From positions 1 to 58,008 of IMG/VR virus record IMGVR_UViG_3300020432_000001: DNA of 58,008 nt; one strand, written 5' to 3'. This DNA comes from a virus (lineage: Duplodnaviria > Caudoviricetes). The first letter of the stretch is position 1; each line of letters begins with the position of its first letter. Of this stretch, positions 26,213-35,020 are shown piece after piece. The notes beneath the pieces were generated by a model. It searched no databases. It was not told where the DNA came from and saw only the letters and a list, made by a program, of their open reading frames with translations. The position numbers were made by a program, and so were the translations under genes.

Positions 26213-26360
26213 ATTAGTATAGGGAGAGAGTAAGTATTAAAAGAATAGTAAGAGAAAGGTTATATAATTAGTAGGGGGTGTAAAAATATATTGGGGTATA
26301 TATAAAAATTAGATTAAATTTAGTTTATTCTTAAGATAGTATATATTATATCTCCCCCCT

Positions 26361-26377
26361 TATAGGAGACGTTTAAA
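26361..26377 (-). promoter_or_regulatory. Leftward T7-like promoter firing into the C-free tract
   Basis: Minus strand reads TTTAAACGTCTCCTATA|AGG. Confidence 0.6.
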
Positions 26378-26394
26378 TTTAAATGTCCCCTAAA
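26378..26394 (+). promoter_or_regulatory. T7-like promoter for terL and the late operon
   Basis: tttaaatgtcccctaaa|aga. Confidence 0.7.
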
Positions 26395-26416
26395 AGACAA
26401 TCTGAGGAGAAGTTTT

Positions 26417-28084
26417 ATGAATAAGAAGAAAGAACTATTAAGACTTCTCGAAGAAAAGAATAAAAGAAATAAATTAAAAGATTATGAAAATAACTTTACT
26501 TCCTTTGCATCTGACAATATAAAGATCATTACTAAGGATGCAAGGAGGGGCTTCATTAATTTTTCTTTTAATAGCTGCCAAAAAAAAATTACGGAACTTT
26601 TAGAAAAACAGTTAGAGGATACTGGTAAGGTCCGTGCGATTATTTTAAAAGCTAGGCAGCAAGGTATTAGTACATATTGTGCTGGGCGTGTATTTTGGAA
26701 AACTTATTTTACTCCTCATGCTCGTTCAGTTGTTATGGCACATGATAGTGCAACATCTGACGCACTATTTAATTTATCTAAAAATATTATTAGAAATATG
26801 AGTACTACATATAAGCCAAATGAAATTAAATCGAATGCTAAAGAGATTGTTATTTCATCACCTCACTTTAAAAAAGAAGGCGGAGATAAGCCTATATCGT
26901 CTTATAGATTATATACTGCGGGATCACCTGAAGCAGGTCGTGGTACAACACCAACCATAGCACATCTATCAGAAGTTGCTTTCTGGCAACATGATGAAAA
27001 GATATTAGCTGGTTTGTTTCAGGGTATATCTGAAGCTCCGGGTACTGAAGTTATACTTGAGTCAACAGCTAACGGTGCGCAAGGTGAATTCTATAGATTA
27101 TGGAAAGGTGCATTAGAAGGCGAAAATGAGTACTTACCGATATTCCTTCCATGGTTTTCTACAGATGAATACTATAGAAAACCTCCCGAAGGTTTCGAAC
27201 GTTCCTCTGATGAGGAGCTACTAGTAGAGCAGCACAACCTAAACAACGGACAACTCTACTGGCGTCGGTTGAAGATTGCTGAAGGTGGGGAACTAAAGTT
27301 CCGCCAGGAATACCCAGCAACTCCCGATGAAGCTTTTATTACAGCAGGTAAATCTGTTTTTGCAATGGAAAAAGTAAACAACTTAATACCTGTTACTCCA
27401 GATAAAAAAATGCTATTTGATTTTGATTCACTTACATGGGAGACATCTAAAGATGGGAATTTGGATATATGGGAGTATCCTGACTGGGATAGCAATTATA
27501 TTCTTGCTGCCGATGTTGCATTAGGCGTAGGCCAAGATTATTCAGCAGCAGTTGTTATGGATACAGATAGAAAAGTAATTGCTTTGTATCGTGACAGCTA
27601 TATTGATCCAAGTAAGTTTGGTGATTTGTTGTTTTACCTTGGTAGGTATTATAATAATGCATTGCTAACTGTTGAAAGTAATTCAATGGGGGTTGCAACA
27701 TTATCTCGGCTTGCACAGATGAATTATATAAATTTATATAAACAAACAAAAATTTCAGCTATATCAAAAGAGGAAGGTACAACACCTGGCTTTAGAACAA
27801 CTCAGGTAACAAAACCACATATAATAGGTAATCTTAAAAATGCTGTAGAAAATGATGATATATGGATAGCATCTAAAACAATTATACAGGAATTAAAAGA
27901 TTATGTTAGTACCGACTCCGGAAGAACTGAGGCTGCTCCTGGTTGTCATGATGACACTATTATGGCTACAGCTATTGCCTTAGAAACATTAAGAACACAT
28001 TACGACAAGTTAACTATGAATAAAGTACCGTGGTCGCAAAAAGCAGATAATTTTTTGTTTGATGATGATACACAGTGGCTTTAA
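26417..28084 (+). CDS. terL: Terminase large subunit
   Basis: ILKARQQGIST (Walker A), HLSEVAFW (Walker B), ESTANG, ADVALGVGQDYS and HDDTIMA nuclease motifs. Confidence 0.95.
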   Translation: MNKKKELLRLLEEKNKRNKLKDYENNFTSFASDNIKIITKDARRGFINFSFNSCQKKITELLEKQLEDTGKVRAIILKARQQGISTYCAGRVFWKTYFTPHARSVVMAHDSATSDALFNLSKNIIRNMSTTYKPNEIKSNAKEIVISSPHFKKEGGDKPISSYRLYTAGSPEAGRGTTPTIAHLSEVAFWQHDEKILAGLFQGISEAPGTEVILESTANGAQGEFYRLWKGALEGENEYLPIFLPWFSTDEYYRKPPEGFERSSDEELLVEQHNLNNGQLYWRRLKIAEGGELKFRQEYPATPDEAFITAGKSVFAMEKVNNLIPVTPDKKMLFDFDSLTWETSKDGNLDIWEYPDWDSNYILAADVALGVGQDYSAAVVMDTDRKVIALYRDSYIDPSKFGDLLFYLGRYYNNALLTVESNSMGVATLSRLAQMNYINLYKQTKISAISKEEGTTPGFRTTQVTKPHIIGNLKNAVENDDIWIASKTIIQELKDYVSTDSGRTEAAPGCHDDTIMATAIALETLRTHYDKLTMNKVPWSQKADNFLFDDDTQWL

Positions 28085-28150
28085 GAGTTCCCATTGTCCT
28101 CGCTGCTCCGGCGGAAGCAGGGGATAAATCCGCCACCTAAGGAGGTATAT

Positions 28151-28267
28151 ATGAAAGAAAAATTAAAAAATTTTAGTAAAAAATTCGGTGAAGGCACAGC
28201 CTGGGATTTAGATTATGGTAAGCTATTAATAATTGGTTTGTTAGTTTATCATATCTTTATACAATGA
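28151..28267 (+). CDS. Small membrane peptide (38 aa, not in ORF track)
   Basis: AAGGAGGT SD; MKEKLKNFSKKFGEGTAWDLDYGKLLIIGLLVYHIFIQ; ATGA overlap with the next gene. Confidence 0.6.
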   Translation: MKEKLKNFSKKFGEGTAWDLDYGKLLIIGLLVYHIFIQ

Positions 28268-28551
28268 AAGCTAGATGCATAAATACAAAGATCATAACTT
28301 TAGTTGACGAAATATCACCTGAAGAATCTATAGCTATAATAGCACTAGCGAAAGCAGTAGGTATTAAACTTACAATAACTAAATCATGTAAAATATTAAT
28401 ATTTAAATGTGATACATTAGAAGCTCCATTACAGTTGTTAGCTGAAATGGGCTTATCTGAATATATAGGTGCAATGAAAGAAATTATAGAATGGGAGCTA
28501 GTTGAAGATAACACTTCAGCACAAGTAATAGATTTTATGGGAGAAAAGTAA
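28264..28551 (+). CDS. Hypothetical protein
   Basis: 95 aa, coupled to neighbours on both sides. Confidence 0.65.
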   Translation: MKARCINTKIITLVDEISPEESIAIIALAKAVGIKLTITKSCKILIFKCDTLEAPLQLLAEMGLSEYIGAMKEIIEWELVEDNTSAQVIDFMGEK

Positions 28552-28844
28552 TGACTTTGAAAAAACATCAAAATCCTAAGGGAGGATTAAACGCAGCGGG
28601 CAGGGCATATTATAATAGAAAAGATGGTGGTAATTTAAAAGCGCCTGTTAAGAAAACACCATCTAAAAAAAGTAAAGATTTTAAAAGGAAGGTAAGTTTT
28701 GCTGCACGATTTGCAGGAATGAAGGGACCTATGAAAGATGAAAAAGGTAGACCAACTAGGAAAGCCTTAGCATTAAAAGCATGGGGATTTGGCAGTGTAG
28801 AAGCTGCAAGAAATTTTGCAAATAGACATAAAGCTAAAAAGTAA
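28551..28844 (+). CDS. Highly basic small protein
   Basis: NPKGGLNAAGRAYY..SFAARF..RKALALKAWG, a K/R-rich type common in marine podoviruses. Confidence 0.75.
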   Translation: MTLKKHQNPKGGLNAAGRAYYNRKDGGNLKAPVKKTPSKKSKDFKRKVSFAARFAGMKGPMKDEKGRPTRKALALKAWGFGSVEAARNFANRHKAKK

Positions 28845-28859
28845 TAAGGAGTTTTTATT

Positions 28860-29033
28860 ATGGCTAAAAGTACAGTAAATAAAGCAGGTAATTATACTAA
28901 ACCAACTATGCGTAAAAATTTATTTAATAGAATAAAAGCTGGTGGTAAAGGTGGTAGACCAGGACAATGGTCTGCACGTAAAGCTCAGATGTTAGCTAAA
29001 CAATATAAAGCTAAAGGTGGGGGCTATAGATAA
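28860..29033 (+). CDS. Highly basic small protein (57 aa, not in ORF track)
   Basis: TAAGGAG SD; MAKSTVNKAGNYTKPTMRK..GGKGGRPGQWSARKAQMLAKQYKAKGGGYR. Confidence 0.75.
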   Translation: MAKSTVNKAGNYTKPTMRKNLFNRIKAGGKGGRPGQWSARKAQMLAKQYKAKGGGYR

Positions 29034-29284
29034 TGGCTTTAAGTAAAGGCCAGAAAAGTCTAAAGAAGTGGGGTAAAGAAAAGTGGCGAACTAAGAGTGG
29101 TAAAAATTCTACTGTAGGTCCAAAAGCTACAGGTGAAAGATATATGCCATCGTCAGCTATAAAATCTTTAACTGCCGCTGAGTATGCTGCAACAACTAGG
29201 AAGAAAAGAAAAGATACTAAAGCTGGTAAGCAGCACTCTAAACAACCAAAACGAATTGCAAAGAAAGTAGCGAGGCACAGATGA
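29033..29284 (+). CDS. Highly basic small protein
   Basis: QKSLKKWGKEKWRTKSGK..TGERYMP; TAATG coupling to the previous ORF. Confidence 0.75.
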   Translation: MALSKGQKSLKKWGKEKWRTKSGKNSTVGPKATGERYMPSSAIKSLTAAEYAATTRKKRKDTKAGKQHSKQPKRIAKKVARHR

Positions 29285-29421
29285 TATTTTTATTTCAACA
29301 AATGTTATGGTTAATAGGAAACAGAAATAAAATATTATTAGATAAGTTACTTGATAAAAGCAAACATAGAATACATTCAACAAAGTTTGATGATCTATGT
29401 AAATAATAAGGAGATGAGGAC

Positions 29422-29676
29422 ATGTTTGAAGCATTCATAATGGTATGCTCAGTTTATAATTTTATGGATTGCCGTACATTTAAAGATCTAAATGGTCCAT
29501 ATGTAGAAATGGAAAAATGCGAAGTAAGAATAGAAGAAATGAAATTTGATATAATAAATAATAAATTACCATTTGTAGTTATTAAACAAAAATGTACGGA
29601 TCAGTTTACAAACCCGGAAAAGTACAATGGTAATGAAAGCAATACAGAAAAACTTAGAGAAAAACTCAAGATTTAA
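29422..29676 (+). CDS. Hypothetical protein (four Cys)
   Basis: 84 aa with SD. Confidence 0.6.
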   Translation: MFEAFIMVCSVYNFMDCRTFKDLNGPYVEMEKCEVRIEEMKFDIINNKLPFVVIKQKCTDQFTNPEKYNGNESNTEKLREKLKI

Positions 29677-29962
29677 TGAGTATGATGAGGATGGTGACGG
29701 CGTAGTTTCTGATGAAGAACTATTGCATTTAAAAGAAATAAAAGAAACAGAAGCTGCGCTGCGTAAGCAGTTAGGCCAACTTAGAATGGCTAGATATACT
29801 TTAATAGGTATGGGTGTGTTTACAGTAGCAATGTTTTTACCGTGGGTACCATTAGAAAGAGTTGAAGCTCTATCAGATGTAAGTAACTTATTTTATATAT
29901 CAGGTGCTGGTATAGTAGGTGCATACATGGGTACATCAGCATGGATGAGTAAAAGAGGATGA
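29627..29962 (+). CDS. Membrane protein with an EF-hand-like loop; possible holin
   Basis: DEDGDGVVSDEE loop followed by two hydrophobic helices. Confidence 0.55.
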   Translation: MVMKAIQKNLEKNSRFNEYDEDGDGVVSDEELLHLKEIKETEAALRKQLGQLRMARYTLIGMGVFTVAMFLPWVPLERVEALSDVSNLFYISGAGIVGAYMGTSAWMSKRG

Positions 29963-29963
29963 T

Positions 29964-30164
29964 ATGGTTATCAATGGACAAGGATGGCAAAACCATGAAG
30001 AAAGTTTTGAAGAAACATTAAGAAGAGAAATGTTATCTGCAAGGCAAGCTTTATGGTTAGTTAAAATGGATTTGAAAGAATTACAAAAAGCGCATTACAA
30101 ATTGCTACAAAGAAATAAAGAATTATTAGCAGAGCTAGCAAACAAAAAAGAATGTACATGTTAA
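29964..30164 (+). CDS. Coiled-coil hypothetical protein
   Basis: 66 aa with a GAGG SD. Confidence 0.6.
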   Translation: MVINGQGWQNHEESFEETLRREMLSARQALWLVKMDLKELQKAHYKLLQRNKELLAELANKKECTC

Positions 30165-30322
30165 AAATCCCAGGAGCGGAATATGTCAAGATATATACAA
30201 GAACCACGTAGTAAAGAAAAGAAAAAGGAAAAACCTAGAACTCTTCCTAAACCTGGTTCATATGCAGTTTCAGATTTACAGGACTTAAAAAAGAAAGTTC
30301 TTATGCATCAAGGAGGTAAGAG

Positions 30323-32473
30323 ATGACCGAACCTTATGGATATAAAGAACCTGTAACTGATGATGAGTTAGTTGAGCTTATTGATAGAGGTATAATGAAT
30401 TCTAGCGGTGATTGGCTAGATTCAGCAGATCTATCAAGAGAAAGATTAAAAGCTACATATGAATATGCGGGTGTACCTGAAAGTCATTTATCACCACAAG
30501 GCGTAAGTGCCATTGTTGATACATCTACAACAGAAGTTGTTGAAGCATATACTGCAATTATATCAGATTTATTTTTAAGTAATCATAAGTTAGCACGATT
30601 TGTACCTTATGATGACTCACCAGGCAGCTTTGCTGCGGCCAAAGATGCTTCAGCTATAGTAAATTATTGTTTGTTTAAAAAGAATAACGGCTGGGAGCTT
30701 ATGTCTCAGTGGATTAAATCTGCATTACTATGGAAAAATTCTGTATGTCGTTGGACATATATAGAAGATTTTGACCATAAGTTTGAAGAATACGAACAAA
30801 TATCCCAAGCAAAGCTTGATGAGCTGTTATCAGATGAAAATATAGAAATTGTTGGAGACTTACAGTCTGCAAATGTTTTTGCAGAGCAAGATCCTTTGCA
30901 AGGACAACAGCCACAAGCTGAAGTAGTGTACATGAATGTACGATTAAAAAGAGCAATTGACAAATCTCGTGTAAAATTAGAGTTAGTACCACCAGAAAAT
31001 TTTAGAATATCACGTGAAGCTACGTCAATTGATGAATCATCTTTTGTTGGTATACAAACAGAGATGACAAGATCAGAATTACGTAAGCATTATCCCGAAG
31101 AAACTGCAAATATTACAGAATGGGACGAATTAGGTGACACAGCTTACGCAGGTAGTCTAAGATATTCGCAAGAAGTTGCTGCAAGAAAAGAAATTACAGG
31201 ACAAGAATACATATCAGGCAGCATGGTAGAAAATGATGCGCCATTAGAAGCTAATAAACCGGTAACAGTTACAGAATCGTGGCTAAATGTGGACAGAGAT
31301 GGCGATGGTATTGCAGAGTTAAAGCATATAATAACTGTTGGCGACTATATAATGTATGAAGAAGACATTGATAGTATACCATTAGCGTGTCTTACACCTA
31401 TAGACATACCATTTGAGTTTTATGGTTTGTCAATGGCAGACTTTACACGTAGTTCTACACTAGCATCTACTGCTATACTACGTGGATTTGTAGAGAATAC
31501 TTACTTAACTAACTATTCACCTAAACTTGCAGATCCTAATGTAGTTGATTTTAGTGCATTACAAAATATGAAGCCTAAACAGATTATACCAACTAACGGT
31601 AGTCCGGTAAATGCAGTACAACAAATGCAACCTGAAACAATATCACCAGGTACTGTACCAGTATTAGAATACTTACAGCTAATAAAGGAGCAAGCAACGG
31701 GCATGTCAAAGGCCGCACAAGGCCTTAATGATACTTTGTATATATCAGGTAACTCAGAACAAAAGCTAGCTGCTGTGCAGTCTGCAGCACAGAAAAGAAT
31801 ACAACATATTGCACGTAGGTTTGCTGAGACGGGTTTTAAAAAGCTAGTAGCTGGTATATATGAAACTATGCATAAAAATATGAAAGGTAAAATGTCATAT
31901 AATTTAGATGGTGTATATGGTACTGTTAATATAGATAATTTACCTTCTAATATGGATGTAGAAATTTTATTAGATATTGGTGAAAACTCTAATGCTAATC
32001 AAATTCAAAAGCTATCTAAGATAGGTGGTGAAATATTACCAGCATTAAATACTGCTGGTGCAGGTATAGTAGTTAAACCTGAAGCACCTGCTATATTAGC
32101 TACCAAGTTAATTGAAGCAATGAACTTAGATAGTAATGATTTCTTAGAAGATTATACTACTGATGAGTTTAAACAAAAAGCTGCTCAAACAATTCAAAAG
32201 CAATCGCAAGATGCTGAACAAAAATTACAAATAGAGCAAAAGAAAGCTATGGCTGATTCCGCTTTAGCGGAGGCTAATGTTGGCTATACTCAAGCTCAAA
32301 CTAAAAATACTGAAGATGATAATGCAAAACAATTAGCTGTAGCTATAGATAAACATTATCAAGAATGGGCTGACCTTACTATTAAAGCAACTAAAGAAGG
32401 TGCCCCAATAGCTGAGCATCCTAACTATGCTCAGATAATAATGATGGCCAAACAAATCTTAAAGGGAGAATAA
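30323..32473 (+). CDS. Portal protein (P22-like)
   Basis: 716 aa between terL and scaffold/MCP. VPPENFRI and DRDGDGIAE motifs; Gln-rich C-terminal helix. Confidence 0.88.
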   Translation: MTEPYGYKEPVTDDELVELIDRGIMNSSGDWLDSADLSRERLKATYEYAGVPESHLSPQGVSAIVDTSTTEVVEAYTAIISDLFLSNHKLARFVPYDDSPGSFAAAKDASAIVNYCLFKKNNGWELMSQWIKSALLWKNSVCRWTYIEDFDHKFEEYEQISQAKLDELLSDENIEIVGDLQSANVFAEQDPLQGQQPQAEVVYMNVRLKRAIDKSRVKLELVPPENFRISREATSIDESSFVGIQTEMTRSELRKHYPEETANITEWDELGDTAYAGSLRYSQEVAARKEITGQEYISGSMVENDAPLEANKPVTVTESWLNVDRDGDGIAELKHIITVGDYIMYEEDIDSIPLACLTPIDIPFEFYGLSMADFTRSSTLASTAILRGFVENTYLTNYSPKLADPNVVDFSALQNMKPKQIIPTNGSPVNAVQQMQPETISPGTVPVLEYLQLIKEQATGMSKAAQGLNDTLYISGNSEQKLAAVQSAAQKRIQHIARRFAETGFKKLVAGIYETMHKNMKGKMSYNLDGVYGTVNIDNLPSNMDVEILLDIGENSNANQIQKLSKIGGEILPALNTAGAGIVVKPEAPAILATKLIEAMNLDSNDFLEDYTTDEFKQKAAQTIQKQSQDAEQKLQIEQKKAMADSALAEANVGYTQAQTKNTEDDNAKQLAVAIDKHYQEWADLTIKATKEGAPIAEHPNYAQIIMMAKQILKGE

Positions 32474-32475
32474 TT

Positions 32476-32760
32476 ATGGCGACAGTTACAATTAATGCAT
32501 CAGGTGTTGGTGCAGCACAATCAGGAGGAGCCGTATCAGGAACTAGTATATTAATTGTTAATGATACTGATGCTGCTGTTACATTTGACGTAACAACTGG
32601 AGGATCAACAGTAGAGCAATCTGGTATAACTATACAGAAAAAAGATTTTACAATATTATCAGGTCTTGCTAATGCTGCTAAGACATTAACAAGCGTTAAA
32701 ACTGCTCATGGAACAGTTGCGCAAAAAGATGAAAAATTATATATTCATTTAGCATCTTAA
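32476..32760 (+). CDS. Small beta-rich virion protein (hypothetical)
   Basis: 94 aa, Thr/Ala/Gly/Val-rich. Confidence 0.6.
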   Translation: MATVTINASGVGAAQSGGAVSGTSILIVNDTDAAVTFDVTTGGSTVEQSGITIQKKDFTILSGLANAAKTLTSVKTAHGTVAQKDEKLYIHLAS

Positions 32761-32772
32761 ATAATTAATAAA

Positions 32773-32823
32773 TAGTAACGCCTAATGGGTTACTAATAAT
32801 CTTGCTTAAAAAGGAGAATACTT
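32773..32823 (+). promoter_or_regulatory. ROSE-like RNA thermometer in the hsp20 leader
   Basis: TCTTGCTT (32800-32807) pairs with the AAGGAGA SD (32811-32817) with a bulged G; upstream hairpin tagtaac..gttacta. Confidence 0.6.
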
Positions 32824-33246
32824 ATGAATCAAGCATTAACTTTATTAGATCACTTAAATACGTTTACACCTTACGCTGTAGGGTTTGATAGGCTATTTGA
32901 CCAATTAGCTAGTAGCTCTAGGACGACTAGCTCATACCCACCATATAATATTATAAGAGAAAACGATTACGATTTTAAAATTGAAATGGCTCTTGCAGGT
33001 TTTAGTAAAGAAGATATTGAAGTGGTGGTAGCTAATGATGTATTAACTATAAAATCTGTAAAAGAAAATAATCAAGATAGTAAAAATATTTACAAAGGTA
33101 TTTCATATAGAAAGTTTACAAGAGAATTTGCTTTAGCAGAAGATATAAGAGTTGAAGATGCAAAATTAGAAAACGGTCTTTTGACTGTTAATTTGATTAG
33201 GGTAATACCCGAAGCAAAGAAACCAAAAACAATTAAAATTAAATAG
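32824..33246 (+). CDS. Small heat-shock protein Hsp20 (IbpA-like)
   Basis: VGFDRLF, SYPPYNI, IEMALAGF, KGISYRKFTREFALA and AKLENGLLTV. Confidence 0.93.
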   Translation: MNQALTLLDHLNTFTPYAVGFDRLFDQLASSSRTTSSYPPYNIIRENDYDFKIEMALAGFSKEDIEVVVANDVLTIKSVKENNQDSKNIYKGISYRKFTREFALAEDIRVEDAKLENGLLTVNLIRVIPEAKKPKTIKIK

Positions 33247-33370
33247 GAGGACATTATGGATCCGATTACATTTTCAGGCGTAGTTAGTTTTGGAATTAAA
33301 TTAGTACTAGCTCTTGGCCTAACAAAAGAAGTTGTAACTCCACTATTAGTATCTGCATTTGGCGGCTAAT

Positions 33371-33712
33371 ATGGATAAGTATCGGGAGACAGCCGAGAAG
33401 AGGCTGGGTAATAATAAGTCATATGGTAAACATAAAATACATCCCGAAGAATTAGCGCGGCGTGCCCATGTTAAAGGGCACTTCGCATCTAGAGAACGAG
33501 ATGAATTTTTTGATGAAGTATATGGCGAAGTCTTAATTGACTTATTTGTGGAATGGTTAAAGACTGAACCACATGAAACTAAATCTCGAGAGTTCCTCTA
33601 CTCTTCAGCTATGGCACTTGGTAGTGTTAAAGAAAGAATGATAAACTTCGAGACATATGGAAAAAATATTCCATACCTAAAGGAGGACAATGATGACGAA
33701 TCGAGAAATTGA
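33371..33712 (+). CDS. Hypothetical protein of the head module
   Basis: ORF from ATG 33371 (MDKYRE...), located between portal and scaffold. Confidence 0.7.
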   Translation: MDKYRETAEKRLGNNKSYGKHKIHPEELARRAHVKGHFASRERDEFFDEVYGEVLIDLFVEWLKTEPHETKSREFLYSSAMALGSVKERMINFETYGKNIPYLKEDNDDESRN

Positions 33713-33884
33713 TTACAATAAGTTATTAGAAAATATTAATGAAATGATTAATACATTAGAATATGATTCAAGTAGAAGTGGTGGTAAAACTAAACTTAAC
33801 TGTGATAAATTATATTTTTTGTATCAATTACAACAAAGATACCATTCACTATTAAAACCTAAAAAAGAGGTAACTAAGAAATGA
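33690..33884 (+). CDS. Hypothetical protein
   Basis: 64 aa with an AGGAGG SD. Confidence 0.65.
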   Translation: MMTNREIDYNKLLENINEMINTLEYDSSRSGGKTKLNCDKLYFLYQLQQRYHSLLKPKKEVTKK

Positions 33885-35002
33885 GTGAGCAAATACCCGA
33901 AGCACAAGTAGACTCTACCCCAACAAAGGATGACTCTATTGCACCGGATGGTCGAACACAAGAACAATTGCTGGCTGACATTGTTTCTAATTCGGACTTT
34001 GTACCGAAAGAAGAATCTCTACCCGAAGAGCAAGTACCTGAAGTAGACCCAGGCGAATCAGAAGAAATAGAAGACCCAAAAGAAACTGATGAACCTGTAA
34101 AAGAAGAAGTTGAAGAAGAAGCTGAAACCGAAGAAGTTGAAGAAGTGGTTGAGGATGCCGATGAACAATCCGCTACCCAAGACACTACATTATTTACTCC
34201 TGAAGAATTAGACTTAGAAGCAAAAGTATCTATTAAGATCGATGGGCAAGATACTGAAGTTTCTTTTAATGATCTTATTAAAGGTTATTCTACTGAACAA
34301 TCTCTATCTAAAAAGGGTCGTGAACTTGGTGACGCAAGGAAAGACTTTGAAAAAGAGTATCAAGATAAGTTAGCTGAAGTAAAAGAAATGTCAGATACTT
34401 CAATTGCTATTTTATATAAATCTGAACAAGAGCATGCTAAAGAGTTTCATGCTGTTGAAGAAAAAATTGATAAAGCTCGAAGCGAAAATAATACATATGA
34501 TCTTAGTGATCTTAAAGATCAAAGAGAACAAATTCAAAAAAAATATTGGACAGCAAGAAAAGAGCGAGAAGGTTTACAAAAAACTGTTGCTGAAAAATCT
34601 AAGGAACAAATGCAAAAAGTATGGGATGAACAGTTAAAAGTATTTGACGAAACTATTCCAACTTTAATTCCTGGGTTTAATGAAAATGTTGCTAAAGATA
34701 TTCGTGAATTTGCAATCAAAGAAGGAATTGATGAAAAAGTATTAGATACTATTATTGATCCTAATATTGTTAAGTTTGTTAATGATTATAGAGTATTAAA
34801 GCAAGGATTAAATAAAGGAGTTGCTAAACGTAAAACAGCTCCGACTAAAACAATTCCTGTTAAAAAATCTAAACCTGTAAAGCAAAAACAAATAGATGCT
34901 GCGCAGGCTTTAAGACAAAGAGCTTTGAGTAAAGATTCAACTAAAGAAGATCAAAATGCATTTTTAAGAAGTTTAGCTGAGCGGTCACTATCTAATATTT
35001 AA
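33881..35002 (+). CDS. Capsid scaffolding protein
   Basis: Very acidic N-half, KIDGQDTEVSFNDLIKGY motif, coiled coil and basic C-terminus; directly upstream of MCP. Confidence 0.85.
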   Translation: MSEQIPEAQVDSTPTKDDSIAPDGRTQEQLLADIVSNSDFVPKEESLPEEQVPEVDPGESEEIEDPKETDEPVKEEVEEEAETEEVEEVVEDADEQSATQDTTLFTPEELDLEAKVSIKIDGQDTEVSFNDLIKGYSTEQSLSKKGRELGDARKDFEKEYQDKLAEVKEMSDTSIAILYKSEQEHAKEFHAVEEKIDKARSENNTYDLSDLKDQREQIQKKYWTARKEREGLQKTVAEKSKEQMQKVWDEQLKVFDETIPTLIPGFNENVAKDIREFAIKEGIDEKVLDTIIDPNIVKFVNDYRVLKQGLNKGVAKRKTAPTKTIPVKKSKPVKQKQIDAAQALRQRALSKDSTKEDQNAFLRSLAERSLSNI

Positions 35003-35020
35003 TCTTAGGAGAATTAAGAT

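Larger units (their letters stand above)
25497..26329 (+). other. Cytosine-free plus-strand tract (G-less minus strand)
   Basis: No C from 25497 to 26144 or from 26157 to 26329. The only Cs are at 26145, 26149-26151, 26153 and 26155-26156. Confidence 0.97.

Noticed and set aside
25497-26329. C-free tract as an assembly, deamination or low-complexity artefact, or a plain AT-rich origin
   Set aside because: G is retained while C is absent, Cs survive exactly at the SD and start codon, the frame stays open, and two hairpins show compensating changes. Read-level confirmation is still advisable.
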